A stretch of 64,000 bases of DNA from Felis catus (taxonomy: Eukaryota), in the NCBI RefSeq assembly GCF_018350175.1, contig NC_058368.1, positions 187,922,001 to 187,986,000 of the forward strand. Direction: 5' to 3'. Positions 49,852-61,923 of this stretch are shown here, piece by piece. Below the pieces are notes generated by a model. The model did no database searches. It had not been told where the DNA came from and saw nothing but the letters and a program-made list of their open reading frames with translations. Positions within the stretch are counted from its first letter, which is position 1. Each line of letters opens with the position of its first letter. Position numbers and translations under genes: made by a program.

Positions 49852-49892
49852 TGCATTACATATTTCAATGATTATGTTTGAAGGGTGGCTTT

Positions 49893-50127
49893 TTAAAAAA
49901 ATGTTTAATGTTTTTATTTATTTTTGAGAGAGAGAGAGAGGGAGAGAGAGAGAGAGAGAGGGTGGGGGGAGCAGAGAGAGAGAGAGAAGGGGAGAGAGAA
50001 CCTGAAGCAGGCTCCATGCCACCAGCACCGAGCCTGATGTGGGGCTTGAACCCACGAACCGTGAGATCATGACCTGAGCTGAAATTAAAAGTCAGATGCT
50101 TAGCCCACTGAGCCACCCAGGAGCCCC
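49893..50127 (-). mobile_element. Can-SINE
   Basis: TSD agggtggcttt. Confidence 0.92.
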
Positions 50128-50239
50128 TGCAGGGTGGCTTTTATTGACTTTTTGTTTTTTTATGTTTTCTAACTTTTCTCCAACAAGCATTATAACTTCT
50201 TGTGATAAAGACAAAACTAACCTCAATAAAAGTTACCTT

Positions 50240-50465
50240 TTAAAAAAAATTTTTTTTCATCTATTTATTTATTTTTGAGAGACAGAGAGAGACAGAGCAT
50301 AAGCAGGGGATGGGCAGAGAGAGAAGAAGACACAGAATCCGAAGCAGGCTCCAGGCTCTGAGCTGTCAGCACAGAGCCTGACACGGGTCTCAAACTCACA
50401 GACCATGAGATCATGACCTGAGCTGAAGTCAGACGCTCAACCGACTGAGCCACCCAGGCACCCCC
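50240..50465 (-). mobile_element. Can-SINE
   Basis: TSD ataaaagttaccttt. Confidence 0.93.
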
Positions 50466-51824
50466 ATAAAAGTTACCTTTAAAAAAAGGATGACCAATCT
50501 GAGTTGAGGAACTCTGTGACCTTGAGGAACCATATGCGTGAAGGTTCCTTTCTTCCTGTCTGAAATGAAAGTTGTACCTTCTTTCCTTCTTGAGGTAGGG
50601 GCAACTCACACGACAGGGTGGGGGTGAGCATGCTTTGTGAAGGAGGACCCTTGGTGCAAGCAGGAAAGCAGGGGTTCCTAACCCTAGCATCTTTCTCCAA
50701 GCAACCTGCCTTGTCGTGCAGCAGCCCATAGGCCCAGCTCTCTGGACTTTGAAAACCTGCCTCTGGCTCTGGGCTCAAGTCCTGTTATGATTAACTCTCG
50801 GGAACTTGGTATGGATTGAAGATGAAAGGTACAGTGACTTTCAGCTACGAAAATTAGTCTGCAGTCAGGGTCCCAAGTTTAATCTCTGTGAAACTGATGG
50901 GCAAGTGTGGCCATGCTTACTAATTAGGCAGCAGCAATGTAAATTGATCAGATCAATTCCCTTCATGACGCAAAGCCTAGGAACTCAGGGACAGCTTGAG
51001 CTTGGGAGAGCTTCCAGAAAGCCAGAGAACATGAATCGCTCTCCCAGAGATGTTAACATGGTTAATCTAGATTGCTTTGCTAATTGTTGGCTCCCTTATT
51101 CAATAATGGATGATATGGTGACGCTGTGTGGCTCCCATGTCCTTTGCGTGGGCAGACTCTGGGCTGGGCGATTTACATTATGCTCATTCATTTCTTTCCT
51201 GGATTTACAGCAAGCATTAAACTTGATCAGGCTTAAAGAGCCCTTGCTTTCTGGAAAGAAGCAAAGTAATAGCCAGGGTTCCCATTTCATTTACGAATAG
51301 CTTCACTGTTAATTTGAAAGTCAATGTATTAAAAAGGAATGGAAAAAGGAAATCATTAGAAGAAATGAGGCTTATTGCAGCAACCGAGTGTTGAGACCAG
51401 CATTTTCAATTTATTTCGTACAGATCAAAGGAAGAAAAGCAAGAGACAAGCTGCCGGGGTCGAGTAAAATGAGTGTGGAATACAGGAACAGAAGGAACTG
51501 GTTCCAAGCCCAGCTCTTGTCACTTACAAGCCCTGAGAACTTGGGCCAATTGTTTTACTTTTCTAAGCCTTGATTTTCTTATTCATACAATGGAGACAAT
51601 GATCCCGTCCTCAAAGGGGTGCGAAAGTTAAATAAGATAACACATTGAAATACCTCGCTCAGTGCCAGAGACAAAATGAGTAAAATCAGTAAATATTAGT
51701 TCTCTGTCGGTGTCTCATCCCCTGAACACAGCCCTGAAATCATGTCTTCATTCTATATCCTAGGTCTACTGTCTGTGCTCCTGGATGTCCAGACTGTTCT
51801 TTTTGACAAGGCAACTTGCAGTCC

Positions 51825-52059
51825 TTTAAAAAAAATTTTTTTAATTAATGTTTTTTATTTATTTTTGAGACAGAGAGAGACAGAGTGTGAGGGGGGGGGG
51901 GGGTGGGGAGGCCGAGAGAGAGAGAGACACAGAATCCGAAGCAGGCTCCAGGCTCCGAGCTGACAGCACAGAGCCCAATGCGGGGCTCGAACCCATGAAC
52001 CATGAGATCATGACCTGAGCCAAAGTCGATGCTTAACCGACTGAGCCACCCAGGCGCCC
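51825..52059 (-). mobile_element. Can-SINE
   Basis: TSD caaggcaacttgcagtc. Confidence 0.93.
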
Positions 52060-53397
52060 CAAGGCAACTTGCAGTCTTTCCAGAATTTGAACTAAGTGAT
52101 TCTTAAGAGGGGGATTAACAGAATGTGGGATTGGGAATTTACGTCAAATTCGAAAAAAGCATATTCAATATTACACTATAATTTTTTGTGTGTGAAACCC
52201 TGTTGTTTTCATAACACACAACACAAAATACAAGGTGCAAATCTTGGCTGATGGTATATGAATTTCCAGCTGTAGAGGGCATGTGACTTTCAGTTTAGAA
52301 AAAGGGGTCGTTGGTTAAGCAAGGCTGAGAAAATTGATGTATAAAATGTCATTCTGGCAAAACACACTTGGATTGGCAGCGACTGACTGGAAGGGGGCTT
52401 GCGGGGAGCTTCCGGGTGTGAATTATCTTTTCTTTCTTGTCTTGGGTGCTGCTTACAGGCATGCGGTCACTTTGTGAAAGCGGATAGGGTGTTGCCCTTT
52501 TGACCGGTCTTTACCGTGTGCACGTCACATCACACTTGGCTACAAAAATTAAAAGAAAAGTAAGTGGCACGCCCTTGGCACACGAGGCCTAAAGATGTCT
52601 CAAGTCAATGTATTGCGGACGATGGAGAATTGTCTAGAAATTCTGGATGACACTTGTTTCTAGATAGTCTAGGTTTTTACATGTAAGAACAGAGCACAGT
52701 CCCAAGCGGCTTTCACCTCTCTCTCCTTGACCGCTGCGACAGCCTCCCCAGTGGGCTCCCCACAGCCATTCTTGAGCCTCTACAATGCATTTTCTGTTTA
52801 TCCACAGAAATCTTTAAAAAACATAAACCTGATTATATTATTTCCCTTTCCAAAACCCTTTCGTGACTTTCTGTTGCACATAGTGAGAACTCTGAGCTCT
52901 TTATCATGACCTACAGGGCCTTGTGAAATGTCCGTGCTATCTTTCTTTCAGGTGTCACCTGTCACCTCTCTCCTCTTCTCTCTCTTCATCCCAGCGTTCT
53001 GGCTTCCATTGTTTCTGCTCAGCCATGCTAAGCACATTTTTACATCAGGTCCTCTGCATCTCTTGTCCCTTCTGCCTGAAACGCGCCCCCCCCGCCCCCC
53101 CCTCCCCCCGCCCCGGGTCCCTGCAGGGCTGGCTCCTTGTCGTCACTCAGCTTTCCATCCACGGCCTTCAGCAGCCCTCCCTCTCAATGTTCTCAGGCTT
53201 TCTTGTGATCGTCACTGCCCTGTCCCTCTCTAGCACACCCCCTCATTTTATTCCCTCTGTGGTACTTACAATGACTCGATATCATATGGTTCATTTATAT
53301 ATGTTCTATTTGCCCACGTACACCCCTGAAGTGTGTACTTTGGAGCTTCATGAAGGTGGGGACCTTCTTGTCTGGTTCACTTTTACAGCTACATTGC

Positions 53398-53582
53398 TTA
53401 ACGTCTGACTGGGGTCAGGTCATGATCTCGTGGTTAGTGAGTTTGAGTCCCACATTGGGCTCTGTGCTGAGAGTTTGGAGCCTGGGGCCTGCTTTGGATT
53501 CTGTGTCTCCCTCTCTCTGTTGCTCCCCTGCTCATGCTCTGTCTCCCTCTCTCTCAAAAAATAAATAAACATTAAAAAAAAT
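53398..53582 (+). mobile_element. 5'-truncated Can-SINE within an L2 remnant
   Basis: Begins at ttaacgtctgact; TSD ctacattgcttaa / ctacaatgcttaa. Confidence 0.88.
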
Positions 53583-55588
53583 TTATATCTACAATGCTTA
53601 AAAGTGCCTGACACAGAGTAGGTACTTGATAGAATCTGGCTGTGTGATCTTTATAAGCCTCTCAATCTCTGAACTTCAATCTCCACGTCTGTAAAATTAG
53701 GTTACTAATAAGCCTCTCCTCCCATTCCTGGGGTTGTTGTAAAGATTATAGGAGACAATGTATGGGAGACATGTAGCACAGTGCTTGGCATGTCGTACAA
53801 ATGGTGGCTGTGCTCCCTGGGTGCTAATTGCAAAGCTTTGTGAATCTTATACTCACTAGAGGCCTCTGATTTATTTATCGTGAGCAAACAATCATCTTTT
53901 ATTGGGGCACTGGCAAAATTGTAATATGGTATGTTGATAGACCAGCTTTCCCAACATTATTCTGATGTTTCTTTGGCCGTGAGTGATTCTCGGTGTGTTG
54001 TACAATTATGGACTGATTAATAGAGCCCTTGTGCTACTTTGATCATCCTTCAAGAGACAGGGCAGATGGAATTTGTGTCTGAAAGAATGAGCAGCCTGCA
54101 GGACCCTGCCTATGGCCAGATATGTAAGAAATGAAAACACAGGGGCATGACACTCAGGCCAGGACATGGTGGCTAGAGAGAAAGCAGATTGCCAGTGCCC
54201 TCCCCTGGAAAAAATGGGGCATCTCAAGGAAACTGGTGTCTTTAGAAGTGTATTGTCACAACAAACAAACAAACAAACCACCACCACCAAAACCCTGTTC
54301 GAAATGTTGAGAGGGAACAGGCCCTGTGTGCTTTAAGAAGTTCACCAAGGTAAATTAAAAGTGGTCTCTAGAAGATGTTGATGTAAATACATGGGCAAAT
54401 CTTGGGTGAAGAACCTCACTGAATGATAAAAGCTACCAGTGTGCAAGGAAGAGAGAACCCAGAAAAATAAAATTGGGGTGCAAGGGTCAGAGAGAAAGAA
54501 TGAATGAAAATGAGAGCCAGTTGTGGTAGGAGGTCAGCCACCCAGGTAATAATATACTGATTAGAAGAAAAACCACCACAGAATTTTAGCTGCAAAATGA
54601 GAAAGTATTCTATTGGGTTCTTTTTCATTTTGTTTTATTTTTTCTTATGATCTAGGGAAGAAGAGATTGAAAAAAATGGGGAAAATGAAATGAAAAGGAA
54701 ATTTCTTCTTTTCCCTAACCCCTGGAAAAAAAAAAATCCCCCTAAGTAGGTCACATGCGGCATCCTCAGTCATTTCTGCAGAGACCCAGGCTACAGGAAG
54801 CATGAAAGGATTTCCAGGCATTACTTAGATAGATCTGGTTAGTGAGAGCTGATAACAGGTGACAGAGACGAAGTCATCCAACTAACAACTTTTAATCAGG
54901 TTGGAGCTAGGGAGTTAGGGACTTTAGATCTGGAGCTCTTGCAGCAGGGAAACCAGAGGAGATAGCCCCGTGTGAGTTTTTTCAGGGCTGGGCAAAGTTT
55001 AAAAGTCGTTTGTTTTCCCCTGGGAGAATATGAAACCTCGATTAACAAAGAGTTTGATTATACTTAGGTAGTTTCTTATTTCTTTGAAACTTGTTCTTTA
55101 TTATATTTCTCTTTATCCCCCACAGAGATGATCTGATTTATACTTTAGTTTCAATAGAGCTTTAAAATTGTTAGTTACACACATAGTAAATGAATTCTTT
55201 TTCTTTGTAAAAATGAAAAACATACCTTTTGACCACCACCCCTAATTCCAAGCTCTTCCCTCGGAAGAAGCTATTGTTCTCTTTTTGGTGCATAACCTTC
55301 CAGGTTTTTTGTCTATATATTTTCATACATATATACTCACAGAAAATAGAATACTTGGAATTTTTGTATTTTTTGGTCACATTCCATACTATATGCAACA
55401 CTCTGAAAGTCACTTCCCCTTTTCTGAGCAATTCATTTGGAAGATAGTTCTTAATTAGTATACACATTTAATTCATTCTTTCTAACCGCTGCATCTAAGT
55501 CCACTGTACAGATATGTACGGGCTAATTTCCTCACTTGTCTATACATGGACATTTAGGTTGTTTTCCAATTAGTAGAGTATTTTTTTT

Positions 55589-55820
55589 TTATGACATAAC
55601 ATCTGGGATTTTTAAAAAATCTTTATTTATTTTTGAGAGAGAGAGAGAGAGAGACAGCGCCTGCACAAGTGGGAGAGGGGCAGTGAGAGAGAAGGAGACA
55701 GATGATCCAAAGCAGGCTCTGCGCTGATAGCCCCTGATGCGGGGCTTGAACTCACGAACCACGAGATCATGACCTGAGCCGAAGTTGGACGCTTAACTGA
55801 CTGAGCCACAGAGGCGCCCC
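55589..55820 (-). mobile_element. Can-SINE with extra non-SINE sequence in its tail
   Basis: TSD tagagtatttttttt at 55574-55588 and 55821-55835. Confidence 0.9.
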
Positions 55821-55835
55821 TAGAGTATTTTTTTT

Positions 55836-56700
55836 AAATAAGAATTTTATTGAGACATATCACGTACCATAAAATTCACCATTTTAACGTGTACAATTAG
55901 TGGTTTTTAGTGTACAACCATCACCACTATCTGATTCCAGAACATTCTAATCACTCTCAAAAGAAACCCAGTACCCACTAGCAATCACTACCATGCCTCC
56001 TCTCCTCAGCTTCCAGCAACCACTAATTTACTTTTCTCTCTCTGTGGATTTGTCTGTTCCTGACATTTCATATAATGGAATCATACAATACATGACCTTT
56101 TTGTTTGGCTTCTTTCCTTCACATATCCTTTTCAAGGTTCATCCATGTGGTAGCATGAGTCTGTACTTCTTTCCNNNNNNNNNNNNNNNNNNNNNNNNNN
56201 NNNNNNNNNNNNNNNNNNNNNNNNNNNNNNNNNNNNNNNNNNNNNNNNNNNNNNNNNNNNNNNNNNNNNNNNNNNNNNNNNNNNNNNNNNNNNNNNNNNN
56301 NNNNACATTTCTGTACAGATTTCTGGATGAGCATATGTTTTCTTTTTTAGTTTTTTTAATGTTTATTTGTGAGCGACAGTGTGCGGGGGCGCTCACACAC
56401 AGGTGCGCAAGCAGGGGAGGGGCAGAGAGAGAGGGGGACAGAGGATCTTAAGTGGATTTTGTGCTGAGAGCAGAGGCCAATGCAGGGCTCGAACTCACAG
56501 ACTGTGAGATCATGACCTAAGTCCAAGTTGGATGCTTAATGGACTGAGCCACCCAGGGGCCCTGAGCATATATTTTCTATTCTCTTCGGTTTCTCTTCGG
56601 AGTGGGATTGCCAGGTCATAAGGCAGCTCTATGCTTCACTTGGTAAGGACCTGCCAAACTGTTTCCCAGAGTTGCTGCATCATTTTACCTTGCCACAGAT
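55836..56700 (-). mobile_element. L1MB-type 3' region with an N gap and a nested SINE
   Basis: ttttattgagacatatcacgtaccataaaattcaccattttaa...gacatttcatataatggaatcataca...ctgccaaactgtttccca. Confidence 0.7.
56342..56562 (-). mobile_element. Can-SINE nested in L1MB
   Basis: TSD tgagcatatgttttct / tgagcatatattttct. Confidence 0.9.
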
Positions 56701-56806
56701 ATATACATTTAAACAGGAAAGAATATGTACATGGGACAAATGGATGTGTTGATTAACTTGAGACTTCATCGGCCATGTGTGCAGCAAGCTGAGAAACATA
56801 CTAACT

Positions 56807-56997
56807 CAGTGCTGTCTGGTAGAAGTTTCTGTAGTGATGAAAATGTTCCAAATCTGCACTGTCCAATGTAGCAACCAGCAGACACATGTGGCTACGGATG
56901 TGCTCAAGGAACTGAATTTGTAGTTTTATTTAATTTTAACAAATTTAAATTTGATTTGCCCCAGGTGGCCAGTGGCTCCTGTGTTGGTCACCAGAGT
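56807..56997. mobile_element. MER3-like hAT MITE
   Basis: cagtgctgtc...tttctgtagtgatgaaaatgtt...cacatgtggcta...gaactgaattt. Confidence 0.72.
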
Positions 56998-57360
56998 ACT
57001 TATCCATTTCTGTCTGGAAAAGCTCATAGTTCCCAAAATAGTTGCGTTAAAGATATGTGGAAAGTGATGTGCCTTCTGGTCAGCAAACTAGTTCCTGTCA
57101 CAGAATTACGAAGGATAAAATCGGAGACTATGATCCCTTAAATTAGAACCGCACCACATTGAAATTCAGGTAACTCCCAACTTTTTCAGGGACATGTTTG
57201 GGAAATTGGCACTTCATGTACCTCCTTTATGCTTTTGGCTCACTCAGTTTAAAAAACTGGCTTTATTGCTTTGTTTCTTACTACAAGAGGAATATATATC
57301 ACCGTAGAGAAGCATGAGGAGAAAATGAAAATGACCACAAGCAACTACCATTACTATCTT

Positions 57361-57361
<1 letters not shown>

Positions 57362-57404
<43 letters not shown>
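57362..57404. repeat. (GT)n microsatellite
   Basis: Directly visible, about 21 units. Confidence 0.93.
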
Positions 57405-57406
<2 letters not shown>

Positions 57407-58200
57407 TATATACAGAGGTTGTTTTTATTTCAACTTTGGGGACAAAAGCAGAAGTGATACTGGAACCAACATTCCTCCTCACAGTTCCTGAGTTCACTTA
57501 CTGGTTCTGACTGTGTGCCAGGCACATGCTTGGTGAGTCAAAGTCTCCTGGGACATCAAACACCTATTCCAGCCCAGCTTGACCAGGTTCCGAGGGGGGG
57601 AGTGAGGGCAGAGAGAGCCCAGGAAAGGAGTAGCCTCTGCCTGGAAGCAGTGGAAGTCTGCAAAGGGGAAGTGACGTTTGAGCCGGATAGTTGAATTGGA
57701 AGAATTTATGACACAGAGAAGAGGGTGAGGGGTGTTGCAGGCTGAGGGAACAGCATGTGCGAAGGTATAAAGTAAGCTAGGCGTGTTCAGGGAAAGGGGA
57801 CTGCTTCTGTGTGGTTGGAGGGGTAGTAGCATGAGTCACGTGTGGTTTATCTGCTTTAGTGTCATTTAATTCTCCTATTCACCTCACGAGGTAAGTAAAA
57901 TGGCATTCCCATTTTATAGGCAGAAAGTGGAGAGACCAGGTAATTTGCTAGTGAGGCACAGAGCTGGAATTCTGGTTTGTTGAGCACAAAGCTCAGTCTT
58001 GAGAAATGAGGTAGGTTGAAGCCCAATTGTGGACAGACTTTTCTGTCGAAGTTACCTTGCGGGTAGCTCAGCAGCATCCTGGCATGACTGAGTGTGCATT
58101 TTAGGGAGAGCATTGGGGCTGCAACACAAAGACAGTTTGGGAGAGAGCGCCACCCACACTATAAGCATGTCAGCAGTTGACCTGGGATTGAACCCCTCTC

Positions 58201-58201
<1 letters not shown>

Positions 58202-58231
<30 letters not shown>
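58202..58231. repeat. (AC)n microsatellite
   Basis: Directly visible. Confidence 0.92.
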
Positions 58232-58233
<2 letters not shown>

Positions 58234-60109
58234 CGCTTTAGTGACAGCAGCCTCTGAGAATCCAGCACTTTTGTTTCCCTCTTCTTTCCCCAATGAAAAT
58301 CTGTACCAGCAGCCCAAGTTCTGTGTCTATTCCAGACCATGGTGGAAGAGGACTGGGGTGGGGGGCACACAGGACATTGTTCCTTGCTGGGGAACCTTGA
58401 ACAAATCACTTCCCAGTTTCCTCTTCTGTAAAATGAAATTGTTGGAATTTCTGTGTTTAAATGCCCTTTCCATCTTTAAAATTGTCTGGCTCCTAAAAGC
58501 AGTGGGACCTATTAAGGGATTTCACTGTGGCCACACACCATGATTTTTGGAGAACTGATAGTCAGAGACTGGCTGCCCCCAGATTTTAGAGCCTCTTACC
58601 ATTTCCTGAATGAGGCCAGAGATCTGGCTTTCTAGGCATCACTAAAGATATAACAGAATCTTCTTTTGTTTGCAGGCTAGGCCAATGGAAGCAAATAACC
58701 TAATTAGGACCTCACAAGCAGCTTGCCCAGTTAAAGCTAATTTAATTAGGGTCTTATTAGTTGTTATAACTACTTTTTAATGAAGCTTTATTACATTCAA
58801 CTACCCAGATCCCAAGCAATTGTATTAAATGTTGGCAAATGACCCATTAGTCTTTGATTTCATTTCTTTTTTACATGGTTCCCACCTATCCTGATATTCA
58901 GATGCCTGTGGTTGATTTTTTTTTTTTCTTCAAAGCCAGGTGTAAACTCGAAGGCATATTTCCCTTCTGATATCAAATTTCCCATTTCTCTGGGATTTCC
59001 TGCTCACTGGAGTTGTATGGGAGTGATATGAAGGATGGGAAAAGGCTCCCCGCTGGGCTTCCATATTCCCTAATATTTCCACCATTAATCACTTCCAAAC
59101 TGCACAATTTCGAAGACTAAGGGCCCCTGGTTGAGATGCCAATGGTATTGTGGAGACAAACACAGAAAACCATTATTATTATGAATTAACATCTTAGTGA
59201 AGATTAGCTCATAATATTAGCTAATTGGCCAATAAATGGGACTCAAGAAAATCAATCCTGGGAGTGAGAAGTTTTGATAGTTGTTGGTCTGTAGAGCAGG
59301 AGGGGGAGAAAACCAAGAATTAATTAGTTTCTACCACGCACCAGGCACTAGGCTAGATATTTCCACATTTGTTATTCCCTTTAATCCTTTTAACAACCTT
59401 GATGTTAATGCATTATTATCACTGATTTACAGATGAGAAAGGGGAGCACGGAGAGTTTCAGTCAGTGTCAAAGTTACACAGCTAGTAAGAGGGAGAGTGG
59501 GGATTTGAAGTCTTAGGACGTCAGGCAAAGGCTAGGAGACAGTTGCAGTGTGGGGAGTCTTGGCCACTAGGGCGCAGTATCAGGACACTGGGGATTAAAT
59601 TAAGTTGGGTAGGGGGAGGGTGGAGAGGGTGGGAAGGTGGTGCACGTATCACCTGTGAGCAGGTAAACCGCAGGACAGGTGACTGAGGGGCACTAAAAAA
59701 AAAACTTGGCAGGGCTCAACGTTTGGCCCTGGTGGGGCTGATGTGTTTGTGTTCTGTCTCTCTTCGACATCAGTGGGCAGTGTGCTGGCATCATTAAGAG
59801 CATGGGACTGGCATCAGGCAGACACACACAGTCCGGTTCCAGCCCTTTTCTGTAGGTATGAACCTGGGCAAGCTGTTTACACTCTCTTGGCCGTGATTTT
59901 CTCATCTGGAAAAAGGGATACTGGTATCTTCCTCATATTCTTGTTGCGAAAGTTACAGGCTGTGTGTCAAGCGTCCAGCCCAAGGAAAGTGCCAGTAAGT
60001 AGCAGCTCCTCCACTCCTTGAACTGATGAGCTGTGTGAATACAGTGGGAGGGCCGCAGGCAAAAGGAAATGGATCCACAGGGAAGGGGGGCATCCAGTCT
60101 TACAAGGTT

Positions 60110-60298
60110 TGTGGTTCTTAAACCTGAGTATGAACCAGAATCATCCACAGGGCTCGGGAGACCCCCATCTCACCTACCTGGGCCGCAACCCTAGTCTCTG
60201 ATTTAGGTGTGGGGTGGGGTCCAAGAAATGTCATCTCTAACAAGTTCCTGGACAATGCTGGTGCTGCTGGCTGGGGGCCACATTTGGAAACCCACTGG
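60110..60298. mobile_element. MER5A-like hAT MITE
   Basis: gtggttcttaaacct...cagaatca...taacaagttcc...tgctgctgg...ccacatttggaaacccactg. Confidence 0.72.
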
Positions 60299-60950
60299 AT
60301 AAGGTCACTTATAACTGGTGCTCTCTGACCAACACAGACAGTTGCCCCGATCCCTGGGATGGCTACAGGCATAATACTCTGAGTCCTCCAGAGTCTGAGG
60401 TGAAGGAGAGAAGCAGAGCTCTTGCCCATTTTTCACTCTGCTTCTGTGGTTTTTTGAGCCTTTGGGAACCAGTCCTTGCAAATAGGGGCCAAAAATGTTT
60501 GCTTAATTATGATGCCTTATTTATTGTTTGCCATGCCAATCTCTGGGCCTGCTTAGGTTGAAGGGATATTTGTGGTTTAAATGAACCAATTTTGTGGCTG
60601 AATGTGCTGATACAATTTGTTCTTCACAGAGAGCAAGAAGGGGTTAGGCTCTAAGTAACAACTTCTAGTCTATTAGCCTGAAAATTTACATTTTTTAAGG
60701 AGCTTATCACTGGCTTAATAGGATAGATGTTCTCAGACATGCAGGAACAATAGCACTTGTCTTCTATCATTCTTTTCACCAAGAAGGGGCAACCCACTAC
60801 ACCAGTGAGACAAGGTATGTGATAGTGTCCAGCATAATGTCTTTTTTTTTTTTCCTGGCCTAATGTCTTATAAATAAAAAATTACGATTTGTTGTGCTTG
60901 TTAACAAATGTTTTTTGAGCCCTTATAAAATAGTGACAGCATGCTTTACA

Positions 60951-61173
60951 TTAGGGTTTCTCCACTTTGGCAGTATTGACATCCTGGGCCAGAGAGTTCT
61001 CTGTCCTGTGCATTATAGGGTGTTTAGCTGTATCCCTGGCCTCTCCCACTAGATGCCAGTAGCACACTCCAGTTGTGACAGTCAAAAATGTCTTCTGACA
61101 TTGCCAAATGTCCCATGGGGGTGGGGGGGGAAGGTGGTGGTGAGGGGAATCATCCTTGGTAAAGAACAATTGC
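60951..61173. mobile_element. MER20 hAT MITE
   Basis: ggcagtattgacat...ccctggcctctcccactagatgccagtagcac...aaaatgtcttctgacattgccaaatgtccc. Confidence 0.82.
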
Positions 61174-61179
61174 TTTAAG

Positions 61180-61393
61180 TTTTTTTTTTTTAATGTTTAT
61201 TTTTATTTTTGAGACAGAGGGAGACAGAGTGCGAGTGGGGGAGGGGCAGAGAGAGGTAGACACAGAATCCGAAGCAGGCTCTAGGCTCCCAGCTGTCAGC
61301 ACAGAGCCCGATGCGGGGCTTAAACCCATGAACCGTGAGATCGTGACCTGAGCCAAAGTCGGACACTTAACCGACTGAGCCACCCAGGCGCCC
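61180..61393 (-). mobile_element. Can-SINE
   Basis: TSD aagaacaattgctttaa. Confidence 0.93.
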
Positions 61394-61710
61394 TAAGAAC
61401 AATTGCTTTAAATGAATAATCTTATTTCATCCTCACAAGGACCCAGCAAAGGACCTGTTATTTGTCCCATTTTAGAGTGGAAAGGAGGAGCAGAGAGGTC
61501 GAGCAATTTGCCAAAGACCACACAGCTAGTAAAGGAGCAGGAACAGAATTTGAAATCAGGAGTGACATAATCCAGAGCACCAGTCTGAAAACTTTTCTTG
61601 CTTCTGAGAGTATGCATTTAAAAAAGCGTAGGGGAGAGAGTCTATTTAATCCTATACATGTATCCTGGAAGATCTCTGAGGAGAGAGGTGAACATGAAGA
61701 GGAGTGGGGC

Positions 61711-61923
61711 TTTTAATTTTTAATGTTTATTTATTTTTGAGAAAGAGAGAGACAGAGAGTAAGCAGGGAGGGGCAGAGAGAGAGGGAAAACACAGAATCT
61801 GAAGCAGGTTCCAGGCTCTGAGTTGTCAGCACAGAGCCTGACTCAGGGCTCGAACTCAAGAACCGTGAGATCACGAACTGAACCGAAGTCGGATGCTTAA
61901 CCAACTGAGCCTCCCAGGCGCCA
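61711..61923 (-). mobile_element. Can-SINE
   Basis: TSD agtggggctttta. Confidence 0.92.

Noticed and set aside
1127-61923. Recurrent MAQSVK.../...GSRL short ORFs and tRNA-like A/B boxes
   Set aside because: All are Can-SINE translations or tRNA-derived SINE heads, not a gene family or real tRNA genes.
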